A stretch of 64,000 nt of DNA, taken from Amoebophrya sp. A120 (lineage: Eukaryota > Protista > Dinoflagellata). The DNA lies in NCBI GenBank assembly GCA_905178155.1, contig CAJINV010000003.1, positions 7,249,612 through 7,313,611 on the forward strand, written 5' to 3'. Numbering within the stretch: the first letter of the stretch is position 1; every line of letters begins with the position of its first letter. The position numbers and the translations under genes are program-made. This document shows positions 1 through 11,900 of this stretch, one piece after another. The notes under the pieces are model-generated. The model worked only from the letters and a program-made list of their open reading frames with translations. It was not told the origin of the DNA and ran no database searches.

Positions 1-149
1 TCTCGTGCGGCTGACGACGTGCTGCAGACGGGCCCCTTGTTGTCTGTCGCCCGCTAGGCCGAATCCCGAGGGCCCAATAGAGGCAGCCTGAATTTCTGGC
101 GGCCGGAAGTCGAACCCACTTGCAGCAGAGGCAAAACTCTTGCTTCCAC
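1..149 (-). CDS. Possible exon running off the window edge
   Basis: ctctgcAG|GT acceptor at 150-151 after an AT-rich stretch, followed by GC-rich sequence open in two frames. Confidence 0.3.
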
Positions 150-1425
150 CTGCAGAGAATATAGAAAAACTGGAAATATAGAAATCTTTCAACAAATCAA
201 AATTAAGTATGTATCGCGACGTAATCAACTACTACGACACATGACCCAGCATCTACAACAGCTCCAGAGTGGTGCAGCCGTACTAGAAGTAGAAGATGAA
301 GAGAGGGTTATAACAAGTGCATAGAGAGTCAATCGCTCAATGAGACCACCCCTTGCAGCTGGACAACGGGCAGACATTTAATTATATTTCGCAATTCTCA
401 TAATCCAGGAAGTTTTGCAGGGGCGAGCTGCTTCATCTACGTGCACTTTGCCCTCATCTTGCTTCAGTTCTAATGGAGCCATGATGTCAACAACACAAGC
501 GTGGCGCGGCCCAAGGCGACACGTCTTCTGACAAGCGACGTTGTTCTTGTTCGGCGTAAACGGCTGGGAACATACAAGCACGATATAGAAGTTTTGATCA
601 ATTTCCATAGAGTTGTAGTAGCGCGCTTTTGTTCCCTGTATGAGTATGTACAGAAGTTGCCAGAAAGCTCAAGCTGGTACAGTGCAGCTTCTGACATAAA
701 CAAAAACGTATTCTAAGCGCGAATAATATTAAATGGCTTACAGTTGGTGAATCATGGGCACAGCAGGTAGCAGCGCGTGCTTGAGCAGGAGGCGCAGCGG
801 CGGGCAGACGCTTGCAAGCATGCGGTGGGAGTACGGCGGCACGTTTGCGCGCTAGTACTAGCAATCGAAGTACAAGTACAGGAAGACCACGACCACGAGG
901 CATGACTGATAGCGTAGTAAACATTTAGCTGTAGTACCGCTCTGTTCTCTCAGAACAGACCCACTGGGACCGGCCGCGCGATAAGGACGCCGTCCAGACA
1001 GGTGGTCATCCAACATGACATCAGGCAGCTGCGATCGGCAGTATGCAATGCAAATTATTTTTGCACTATGTAATCCCCGGCGGAGTCAATGTCAACAACA
1101 ACAACATGCAAACGAAGTATAAAATCGTTACTGTCCGCGATTCCGTTTCCAATTTTGCACAGTGAGCGAAACTCTCGTAGCAATGCGCAGTCATGACAGA
1201 CCGCCGCAATAACGACGCACTATACAGCTGACAATTATGAATCTGTATCCAAGCAACTTTGTGCACGCTTTGGAACGTCGTTCGGGACAGAGTCCTGTCC
1301 TTGAAGCGAGCTTCTATTGATTTCGGAATTCTATTTGGAAATCGTGTCGCTCTGAGAAAGCTCTACTGATGCAGAAGATTCATCGGATTTTTCAAATTCC
1401 TTCGCCAAAATAAGAAAGTACATCA

Positions 1426-1884
1426 TTAATTTGCACATGATATCGATGTCGCGGCAACGACACACAGCATCCCTTGGATTTCCTCAAGTACGAGAAGAAA
1501 AGCGGCGCAAACAACTAGAGCCCAGATAATAGGATGACGCAAGCGGATTATCATCGTCGGGACAGCCGCACCAACGAGGGAGGGCGAGCCGGGTTTCTTC
1601 TTCTTGCTGTTCCTCCACACCTCGTTCGGCTGCACTGACGTCTTTCCAGTCTTTCTGCTGCCGGTCTTGCAGTCTTTGCCAAAAAGGCCTACATCCACAT
1701 CAGGGGTTGCTAGCGGCTGGGGTTGGCCAAAATTCGCGGTCACGACATGCCGAGCGTCCCTCGAGCCGAGGGTCGTGACGTTCTTTGCGAAGTCGATGTG
1801 GTGTTTCATGGCGCAGAAAACTTCAGTCAGCTCCCCCAGGGGAAGCGGCTTCCGTTTCACCCGCGCACTTGCGTTGGTAAACAT
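1426..1884 (-). CDS. Hypothetical protein exon
   Basis: 152-aa GC-rich open frame on the same strand as all other genes; no recognisable motif. Confidence 0.35.
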   Translation of the reverse strand: MFTNASARVKRKPLPLGELTEVFCAMKHHIDFAKNVTTLGSRDARHVVTANFGQPQPLATPDVDVGLFGKDCKTGSRKTGKTSVQPNEVWRNSKKKKPGSPSLVGAAVPTMIIRLRHPIIWALVVCAAFLLVLEEIQGMLCVVAATSISCAN

Positions 1885-3378
1885 TTCCGAAGTAAAAAAA
1901 GTAAAAGCGCTTTATTCACAGGTGCGAACTTAATATTAACGCTCGAAATAAGTATAAGTAGCGGAATCGGAATACCAGATGCAGAGTGGTCAGCTGTTGC
2001 TGGACTTCTCTGTTCCCAAATGTTCCGAATTTCCCAAAAAGAAAGCTGCACTTCAAAGCCAGAAACGTTGAAATTCAAATTTCATGATTCCTTTGGTGGA
2101 CTATAATGTACATTGGTTCTGGTTCTGGTTGTACAAATTATCGGAAAACTTAAATTAAATCAATAAATATTATTTACAGGAATTCGAAGTGCAAATGAGT
2201 CGGAGGCGGGCGGGGCCTTCAAGGGTAAATTCTCGCAGAAGTTCGTATTCTATAAGAATCTCTATAGACAGAGTCAGAGACGCTCAGCTTCGAGATTCTC
2301 CGTACTCTACTGGTGGCGTGCCTGTGGTGCCGATCGCGAAGTAGCTGTAAGTACTACTTGTATAAGTAACAGTATTCGAAATTGTAAACAAGAAGTGCCT
2401 CCTTAGGTCGAGAGGCAGAATGCTAACAATGACGCAAGACAAAGCAAAGGCGATCAATTTCTGTGTCTGAAGTTCATTTATTACTACTGGCACAGCCGGT
2501 AGCCTTGCGCTTTAATTTATTCCCTAGATATTATTCGTTTGATTTGATGCTTATCCTGTTTGTACAAAGACAAACTATAACTATGCAGAGTCATGGCGTA
2601 GATGGAACTAGTTTTTCTCATTCTTATTTTTTACTGTGAGACTGATAGAGCCTCGTGCATTTGATCGATGATCTTCTGCAGTAGTAGTCGTGAGTGGGGT
2701 TCCGCACGACTCAACGCCTTATTTCTCCGTGTCGAGTAGCAATCCAAGTCTCATTCGTTCATAAGACACTCATCCAGAACCTGTTCGACGTCTCAGATGT
2801 TGCCGGACTATACGCCCGAACCCGATCTGCGACGGCAGTGGTGCTCGAAGATGTTGGATGGCAGATTTCGTTTTCGAACCCAACGACTCGAAGAGCGGCG
2901 GGAGAGATGAGGTTGATATATGATAACGAAGCCCATCAAACTTCAAATAGAACGCTGAGAATGTCCTCGTTCCCAGCTTGCTTGAACTTAGAACTTGTAA
3001 TCGTTTCAGTTTGCTATCTCGCCAATTACAATTTCGTCTGTATAAAATTGTCGCTCGCGTTATAAAATTGTCTTCATGAAATATTTCATCGCAATAATAT
3101 CTGTCATCGTTTGCGTCGGGGTGATAATTGGCAAAGATTTGATTGTGTGTGTCAAGGCAGGCACAAAAAAGATCAAGAGAAACCATGTGAAGATCCTAAC
3201 GAAGAGGGTCTTCTCTTGGGTGAAGGTTTCATCCATATATGCATGACACTGACGAGCTCTTCTTCGCGAAACTGACGAAGCCGAAGGACAACATGATATA
3301 GTCGCGGACTAGCTTCTACTTCTTTGTTCGATCACAACAAACTTCTATACTCAAACATCATATTGATAGAGGAGATCT

Positions 3379-3398
3379 TGCTGCTGCTGCTGCTGCTG
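3379..3398. repeat. (CTG)6 microsatellite
   Basis: tgctgctgctgctgctgctg read directly from the sequence. Confidence 0.85.
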
Positions 3399-5375
3399 TT
3401 CGGTTCTTCGCCTTCGTAACTAAGACTAGGATCAAAATCACAATATCCGGTCGTTTATCGAACTGACGCCTCTTGGCTCTTCCATCTTCGCGAGGAAATA
3501 ATCAAAAAGAGCACAGATCATCCTTCTTCGATCCTCGCCATCGCCGCGGACACGAAACATGTGAAAGCTAGATCTTTATCTTTGACGCATGCTGCTGATC
3601 TTTTTCGAAGTAAAAGTATTGAAGAAAAGTTCCTGGAGCCTCAGTTTCCATGTTTCCCGTGGGTGTTCTAAACGCTTCAGCAACTGCAAAGATAAGAATA
3701 AGATGAGTCCCTGAAGAAAAAACCGTCCGCTTACTGCTCAAACAGCAAAATTATATACGGATCTTCTTGTTCTTCCGTGTACTGACTTATCTTCACCTTC
3801 ACTCGACCGGAACGGAAGCGAAAGAAATTGTATTTCAATGCAGGCTTATTTCGGATCATCTCCATCGCTCATATTCCTATTGTTGCAACAAAGAAAACCT
3901 ATACTTGGTTTCACATCCATGTGTTTGGAGCTTGACACCGCCGTCAAGCAACACCTCTACTGTAGCTGCAAGTGCGGCTTTCTAGTTGTTCTAGATTCAA
4001 AATCGTGCATGAACACATCAAATCGGAAGGGTCTGAAGGTCCTCGCTGCTGTCGAGTCAGTGAGCAGGAGTAGGTATGACGCTTATTTATTTCGAACGAT
4101 TTCACATTTAAGTTCTCATAAAGTTTTGCTTGAGTTTTGAGTTTGACGGTACATCTGATTTCAATGTAGTTCACGTTCTGCTATCTTGCCGTTCATTTTC
4201 TTGCAAATGTAGACGAACACTTATCAAGCCGGATGGGCCACATTAGTGACGTAATTGTAATTGTATTAAACAGATATCGACACTTTCCTGTCATTGTGGA
4301 TCTCAACTTATCCTTTTCCCTCCATGGTACTTAATTGGTTAGTGTACATGAAATTTATTTTGTGAAAGTGAATTAAAGCGTAGTAAGAAATAGTGTGCTC
4401 AAAAAAAGTTCTGGACGCCAGACGAAGAAAACCTTGCGGGCATGATATGAGGAACAGAAAACAAAGCAGAAAGGGTAAAGCTCTTTGTTGTTTACATTGT
4501 GCGTACGAGGACAACGGAGATTAATGCGCAGCATGACAAGTTCAGAAATGGGGGAGAGCTTGAAAATTCAACAACTCATCCAGCCGGCGCTTGATAGAAA
4601 ACACAAGAAAAGAACTAAGTACGCTTCGTCGACGTTTGCATTTAGTACTATTCAAGGCACCAGCACTCCACAAAAAGTGTGAAGCTGTCGCTGGGAGGTG
4701 ACACTACTGCTTTATAATTTTTCGCTCAATAAAATACAAATGCGTTCAGCGATAGAGTTAGAGATTTTTTAGTATATAATTCTGACACTCGAGATTACTA
4801 TGTGCCTTCTCTGCTGCATCGCGTCAGAGATTCCAGACCGACTACGCTTTCGACGAGCAGAAAACTGCTTAGGCTATTACAACTCGTGGCGCAGGTAGTC
4901 GTTTTTTCTATCCGAATCTCGCTGCAACACAGTTTATGCATGCTATCCATCAAATATCAAAGTTGAAACTGTAGGAGTTCCATTAGCCACCCAATCGCCA
5001 TGAACATGGTGGTCAAGGTGGTCATCGCATTTTTTGATTGTAATATATCATAAAATCATAATCAGATCCGAGACGTCATAAAAGTAAAACCAAAAAGTAC
5101 TACTGCTACAGGAGTCGAAATTAAAGCTATAAAAAGAAGACGACAATTATGCTATTAAGCATAGGCATAGACACTGTGACTGTTACTGCATTTTTCCTGC
5201 GTACTCTCGTCCGAGTCCACCGAGACGTAGTGGTTAATAATAATTCATTCGCATGGCTGTTGCATTCGCAGACTTTTTCCGTTTTTGCATCTTAGTCGGA
5301 TTCAGTCTTTTTTCAAGAAACAGTATAACAAAAAGCATTTTCTCTATGTACAACAATGTTCCCCGCCGGCAGGCA

Positions 5376-5982
5376 TCAGAAATGTTCCTGGCTCGAGGAT
5401 CTGCTACGACGGGCTTTTTTCTTTTTGTCCTTGTGTGACGAGTCGTGCTGACCAGCGACACCGTCTACCCCCTCCGGTCCATTCCCCATCATTTGGTCGT
5501 AGTCATCCAAGGAATCACTTCGCTTCATCTTTTTCGGGGAGGCCTTGTGCGGGTGGATCAGGTAGGTGTCGAGGTTGGGGGGCAGCACCGTGATGGTCAA
5601 GTCGTTGAAAATACCCCGGGCGGCACGAGTGAGCATTTCCAGGAGCTTCTTGCTGTCCGTAGCCTTCTCGCCGTTGACTGCAAGAATGGTGGAATGCAGT
5701 CGAAGCTCGTGGCTGCCAATGACTAACACCTCCAGCTGCCCGGTGGAAGAACTTGCCGCGGCCCCTGCTCGTGCGTCGGCGGACGCGTAGGGAATCAGTT
5801 TGGTGATGGTCAGCGCATTGTAACCGCTCGATGCCGCCCACACCTTCGGGTTCCCAACCCGGATTCCAAGTTCCGGAATGGACACCTCGAGCTTCTCGTC
5901 CAATGCATCGGGATCGGAACTTCGCACGGGGTGGGCATACCGAATCTCCAACGTCTTCGATGTTCGATGGGGATTCTTGGTC
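5376..5982 (-). CDS. Probable exon 6 of giant gene, degenerate PDZ-like domain and basic C-terminus
   Basis: Phase-2 donor AAAAG|GTACAT at 6360 matches phase-2 acceptor tacAG|G at 5983. The ORF has no ATG start of its own near its 5' end. LRLHSTILAVNGEKATDSKKLLEML resembles the PDZ betaD-alphaB region. Confidence 0.6.
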
Positions 5983-8900
5983 CTGTAGTTGGGACAATTG
6001 GAATTGACAAAAGTAGATACACGAAGGAAATAGCGACTAACTTCGTTCCGATCAGGACACGCATCGGCCGGAAAAGATTAAAAAAGGATCCTTACTCAAG
6101 CTCGCAAATAAGTATCGCGAAGATGATGATGAGCAACAGTCTTATTCGAACTATCTGCTCTCCGTCTTCAATGGATGAACGATACAAGTAAAATCAGACG
6201 CGGCATGTAATACGGCTGCATGCGTAGACAGATGGTTTGTCGACGCATGCAAATGCATCTTTGTCTTTCACAAGTCCGAACTCATAGATACAGTATTCAA
6301 GAAATTATCTCTATCTGCACTTGAAGATGAAAATCTTCCTCATTTCATTTTTTCATGTACCTTTTCACAAACTCCTGCGTGTTGCCGTCTTTCCAAATCC
6401 ACATGCCACTCCCACTGATGCTGGTGCCGTGCTCCCCTAGGCCGCTCATGACCCCGTCGACCCACTGGCCATCGTAGAAAGCGCCCTCCGTCCACTCGCA
6501 CCGGCCTCGACCGTGGCGATCGTCGTCGCGGAAGTCGCCGGCGAAGACCCAGTTGTTGGGCCAGTACATGAGCCCCTTCCCGTGCATGTGTCCGTCCCGC
6601 CACTGCCCCACATACTTCTTCCCGTTGCCCTTCTCGAACCCGGCCTCGTTCCACTCGATTTTTCCGAACCCGTTCACGATACCCTCACTAAACTGCCCCT
6701 CAAAGTAGCTGCCGTCGCTGAGCAGGTAGCTGCCGGCCCCGTGCTTCCGCCCGTTGAGCATCCACCCCTCGTAGCGGCTGCCGTCTGGGTAGATGACCGG
6801 CTCCGTGGTCTTGTACGGCTGCGTCCGGTCCTCGACCACCTCGATGGGGGGCTTGTGCAGTTTCGGCTCCCCAACCGGGATCTCAATGTCGATCGGCTCG
6901 CCGTCCTTGCCTCGCATCTCCATCACGTGCACCTTCTTGTGGCGGCCGCGGATCGCGTACCAGAAGAGGAAGAGCACCAGCACCCCGATCGCCGCCCCGC
7001 CGCCAATCATGACAGGCGGCTCCAGCAGCGGCGTGGCCTCGGTCGCGGACTCCGAGTCGGCCTGCGAACCGGTTGGAATCTGCCGCGTCACCGTGGTCGG
7101 CGCCGCGACGGTGAGGCCCGTGACGGCGAGCCCGGACAAGGAGCTGTCGTAGGTCTGCACCGCGTTTTGGAACGTGGACAGAAAACTCGACTGCTGATTG
7201 GTGATGGCGGAGTCGAAGTTGCTGGCCGTGAGCCCAATGGAGGCTGCACTTGTCCCCACCGGTGCAACCACGGTGAAGGCCACGGCCGCCGCTTGAGTGG
7301 TTTGCAGCTGCCGCTGTTGTAATCTTCTCTCGCGCAGGACGAGGAGGCTCGTGGTAGAAGCTGCCGCGGCGCCGAAGGTCACCGACGTCACTTCAACGTG
7401 ATCCACGGTCAGCTCCGCGATGTTCAGCTTCGTAATCACTGACGTTTTCGTAGCACTGGTAATGGCGTTTCGCCACTGTGTTTCCTCCGCCGAGCCGGCG
7501 GTAAAGCTGGGCACGTTGAAGGAGAGCCGGGAGGCCAGACCCTCTTGCGTCTGCACCTCTGCGCCCTCCACGACGCACATTGGTGCCGTGCCAGGAAGCA
7601 ACACCCCGTCTTTGCATTCGTAGAAACCGTGCAGCGTGTGCCCGTCCGCGCAAACCGGTTCGCATCTCGTGGCTGGTAGAGCGATCCCATCGAGGCAGGT
7701 ACCGAAGGTTTGCTGGTTCACAACGGCAGGTGGCTGCGTGGTGCAGGAGCAGCTCGCAGGTGTGTTTTCTTTGTGCGTACAGGCTTCCTGTGTGCGGTCC
7801 GCTGATGCTGGAATCGTAGCGTTATTGGCCGTACAGTACTGGAGATCGACCTGGATTTGTGATGTCGATGATGTGTAATTGCTTGCGTCAAAAACTTCAC
7901 TGTATCCGGCTATAATTTTTGCGCATCATGATTTGCCTACTTTTGTTTAGCTGAATCGTATGGTGGTCACGATCAGCTTGCTCAGTTTCAGTGCGACTAG
8001 AACCCAGACAAAGATTTGTCGCGGCACGGACGCAACAGCAGAGCCGGTCCAGGTCCAGAAGCAACTTCCTTACAAAAAAATCGTCAAAGTTAAAGTGCAG
8101 CTACAGCTTGTCTCTAGAATATTATAAAATCGCTTCATCTACGTTCTCGCGGTGTGTATGACTACTGGCAGAAGGCAGAAGAGAAAGTCCGGCATAATTT
8201 GGTCGCATCTCATGGCGTGCGAGCTACTGTCTAAAGTATGCAGCAAATGAAATCATCAGGCTGCAGCTGCGACATGCGGCTGCCGAATGTAACAGCTCCT
8301 TTTAATTATCTTTTATACCATCGTCTTGACGTGGTTGGTTTTGTTGGTGTATTGGCACTCCAGCGGCCGATAACGGACTCCAGGCCCGCAGTTTGCATTG
8401 GGGTACTCGCACTCAGTCCATCCGGCGCTTGCCTCGACATAGCCGAACCCGCCTTCGATGGGTGGCAAGTGACAGCGATCCCCGACGTATCCATTGACGC
8501 AAGCGCAACGGGACTGCGGCCCACCGGTGCAGGAGCCTCCGTTCACACATGGCGGGCACGTGCAGAATTCTCCGGAGTATCCGTTCTGGCACTGGCAAGC
8601 ACCGGTCACTTCGTTGCACGTGCCTTGTCCGTTGCAGGTCGAAGCCGCGACGCAGTGCGTGGTGCAGTTCCCCTCCGGGTAGTAATTCGGTTCACATGTG
8701 GCGCATCGTGGCGCGGCGAAGCCGGGCTTGCACTTGCAGATGCCCGTCCCCACCACGCCCGGCTCCTGCCCGTCGTAGCAGCCGATGCTTCCTCCTGCGG
8801 CGCAGTCACACGCTAGATTGCAGTAGTGGTTGTCGGTGGGGTGTTTTCCGTAGAAGCCCGGATTGCACCGACACTGCACGGTTGGGGTCAAGTTGTCAAA

Positions 8901-11900
8901 CCATTTTTGCACATTGAACGTGTACAGCAGTCGGTTTTGTGCGCTGGAATCAGTTGGCAAGAACATTTTTCGTCCCTCCCAGCTCCCAAAGAACTCGGAC
9001 ATCGACCGCAAGTTTTGCTCCTGATTAAAGATTTCCACGGATACGAAGCTCATACTGTTGTCTGCCGAGGCTTGGAGCGACGTGTCCACGAGAATGTGGG
9101 TATTTAAGTCTTCAAACGCTTCTTGGAGAACGTCGGACAGCCCTCTCTCGCGCTTGAACCCAAATTCGTCTCCGGTGTCGTCGTCGTCGGCACTCGTCTC
9201 AAGGCCCTGTCGCCGCGCACGAATGGCTTCCGCCCGCTGTCGCTCGGGCTCTTGCCGCATCTGCAGCTCCGGTACCACGCGCGGATTGTGCAACGGGTTG
9301 GAACTCACCTCGGTGACGATACTTTCTCCATTACTCCTCAACGCCCTCGTGTTGTGCGCATTGTGCAGCTCCGAGTCCGTACCGGGCCACCGCTTGCGGG
9401 GCCGGTGCTTCCCTAACGTCTGCAAGCGACCCAACCAACTATCGTATGCTCGCGATGATCTTGCTTCGCCATCTTCCTCTATCTGATGTTCCTCGGCGCT
9501 GGCAAAAGAGGGCGCCGTCAGCACGTCGGCGAGATTTCGCTGGAGCCGCAAGGCGGGAACCAGCGGGCCATATACATCGGAAGACTGGAAAGCCGAGTGA
9601 CAGGTTCCTGCGCCACAAGCGAGCTGCGAGGCGAGAGTGACTTGTTGGTCCGACGCTTTGCTCGCGAAAGTGCTGTCCAAACCGCCGGACTTGCAGGAGT
9701 GGTCGCAGTTTGATCCGTAAAAGCCGTCGGCGCAGTGGTGACAGTGCGCTCCCTGCCAGTTGAATTTGCACACACATGTGCCGTTGCCGGCACGACTGAA
9801 ACTTCGCGGCGTCGTGCCGTTGCGGAGACACTGATTCTGGTCACTGCACGTGGGGCCGTAGGTCTGGCCAGTGCCATCACACATACAGGAGCTAGGGGGA
9901 AACAAATTGTTCTCGTCCAGCAGATTCAAATTGCATGGCGTGGTCGTGGAGCTGGTCGTCGTGAATTGGTTCGGATCGGCCGGGGCGACCGCGGATATCG
10001 CCAGCACTTCGGCATTGAGGCCCTGCGACTTCATCGCGTCGGCAACGGCCGTAGCGTTGGTCAGTGCCGCATTCGGTTCCGTCACGAGCGACCGCAGCTG
10101 GTTCCAGGAGGAATACGCCTCTTCGTGCGCTGCTGCGCTCGCATTCGCGCTCGCCTGCTGCCCGCTCGTCAGGAAGGTCACATTGTTTGCCACTGCCGCT
10201 GCCTGCACCGCGGCGACCTATTGATTTTTTAAAATCGAAGTCTTCTACTAAGTCGTGTGAACATATTGAGTTTTGGTCATAATTGATCTCTCGCGCTTTT
10301 CTTTTTCCAACGAACCTACCATACATTAAAAAATGTACTGCACAGTATTCCAGGTATGGCTGCAATACAACATCACACACGAATCCTAGCTTCTCCAGTG
10401 AAAATGTCTACACGAAGCGATGAGAGCAGTAGATGCAGCAGAACTACCACGATACATACACACAAAGACTTAATTGATAGATAATGTGAATTTAGTGAAG
10501 ATGTAAATAGCAGTGCTTTTCCACCAACTACATGTCGTCTACAGTACCTGTTGTGCCTGCTCCACTTGCTTCGCTGCTACTTGCTGTGCAGCCGCCGTAT
10601 CGTTCAATCCGGAAGCCAAAGCGTCTGCGAGCATGATGCTCGCAGGCACATTGGCCAACGGTGCCTGCGAAGAGACACTATCCGCTGGCGTTTCCTTAGC
10701 CTCAACCGATTCCGCGGTCAAAACAGGCTTGTCTTCTTCGACCTGATAGGTTTTTTCAAGGAGAATGAACCGACGTTGTACAAGAACTTTGGAAACATAC
10801 ACGCTTCTTTGTTGTATCTAATGTATTTGGATAAAAAAATTTCAAACCAACTGCGCACTTTTGGCGGCCGGCAATGCTTATTCTTATGTATGTTTCGTGT
10901 TGATATAAACTCAGGTCGTGGTAGTCCCCGTCGTAGACTTAGTTTTTTATTTTTTAGTTAATGCATGAAAATGGCGCGACTACAAACCTCAGTCTCCCTG
11001 GCACGACAAAATCTTCGCTCTGTTCCGTGATCTTGAACATGGAAATACACGAATGGATTTAGAAACAGCGTCTCATACCTCGTAATTGACGTTGACACTT
11101 CCCGCCTGCACGGACACGACTTTGATGCGACCCAAAGGGATGCCGAGGAGGGTGGCAATCGAGTTCCGAAAAGATAGCTCGTTAGCGGCGGCATTTGATT
11201 CCCACGTACTGATGTCCATGGAGATCTTCATGTCGACCTGAACCACCGCGACCGTCTGCAGGAAAAAGCCTTTGTGCACAATTTGGTGGGAGTTGGTCGT
11301 GGTCCTCTGGTTGTACGTGTGCGCCACGGTGCCACCAAGTCCGCGCAGAACCATGGTAAAGAACTTCTGCTGCGGGTTCTGCACGTGCGCCCCGTGCGGG
11401 AACGCAGTCTCGGCGGAGGCCGCCACGCTGCCGGCGCACGGCGCGGCGCGGGTGCAGGAGGACTGGGCGCCGAAGGCGTGGATCGGTACTTGCTTGTTCA
11501 ACTTGTCACCCCCGACGGTGAGGTCGTCGATGGCCTCCCCGTCAATGTAGGGCCGGATCTTCAGTGGGGAGGAGAAGTAGATTTTGACCACCACCCATTC
11601 GGTGTTGATGAACGAGAAGAAGTGCAGCCACTGGGTCTGCGGCATACTGGCGGGGATCACCAGCTGGTACTCGTTGTGCACCTCCACCGCCATGGGGTAG
11701 AAACTGTGCCCGAACTCGCAGCCCCGGGGGCAATCGAGATGATCGTACATGTGCTGTCCCGCCGTCACGCGCCCGTCTGTTTTGCGGGTGATCGCAAAGT
11801 GCCCCAGCTCCCGCCGATCCCAGCCGCAGCAATCGTGATCTGCGGAATCCCAGTTCAACAAGGCCATGGGCATGTTCTGGCAAACGTAGCTGCCGCGGGC

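Noticed and set aside
1885-1975. Possible non-canonical intron with short ttccga/tcggaa inverted ends
   Set aside because: Only 6-nt pairing and a 2-nt repeat, with no homology to anchor the junction.
2200-5300. Short ORFs in this AT-richer stretch (likewise 36900-38900 and 54600-56400)
   Set aside because: No consistent exon chain or recognisable motif. These may be intergenic/UTR or contain small exons I cannot resolve.
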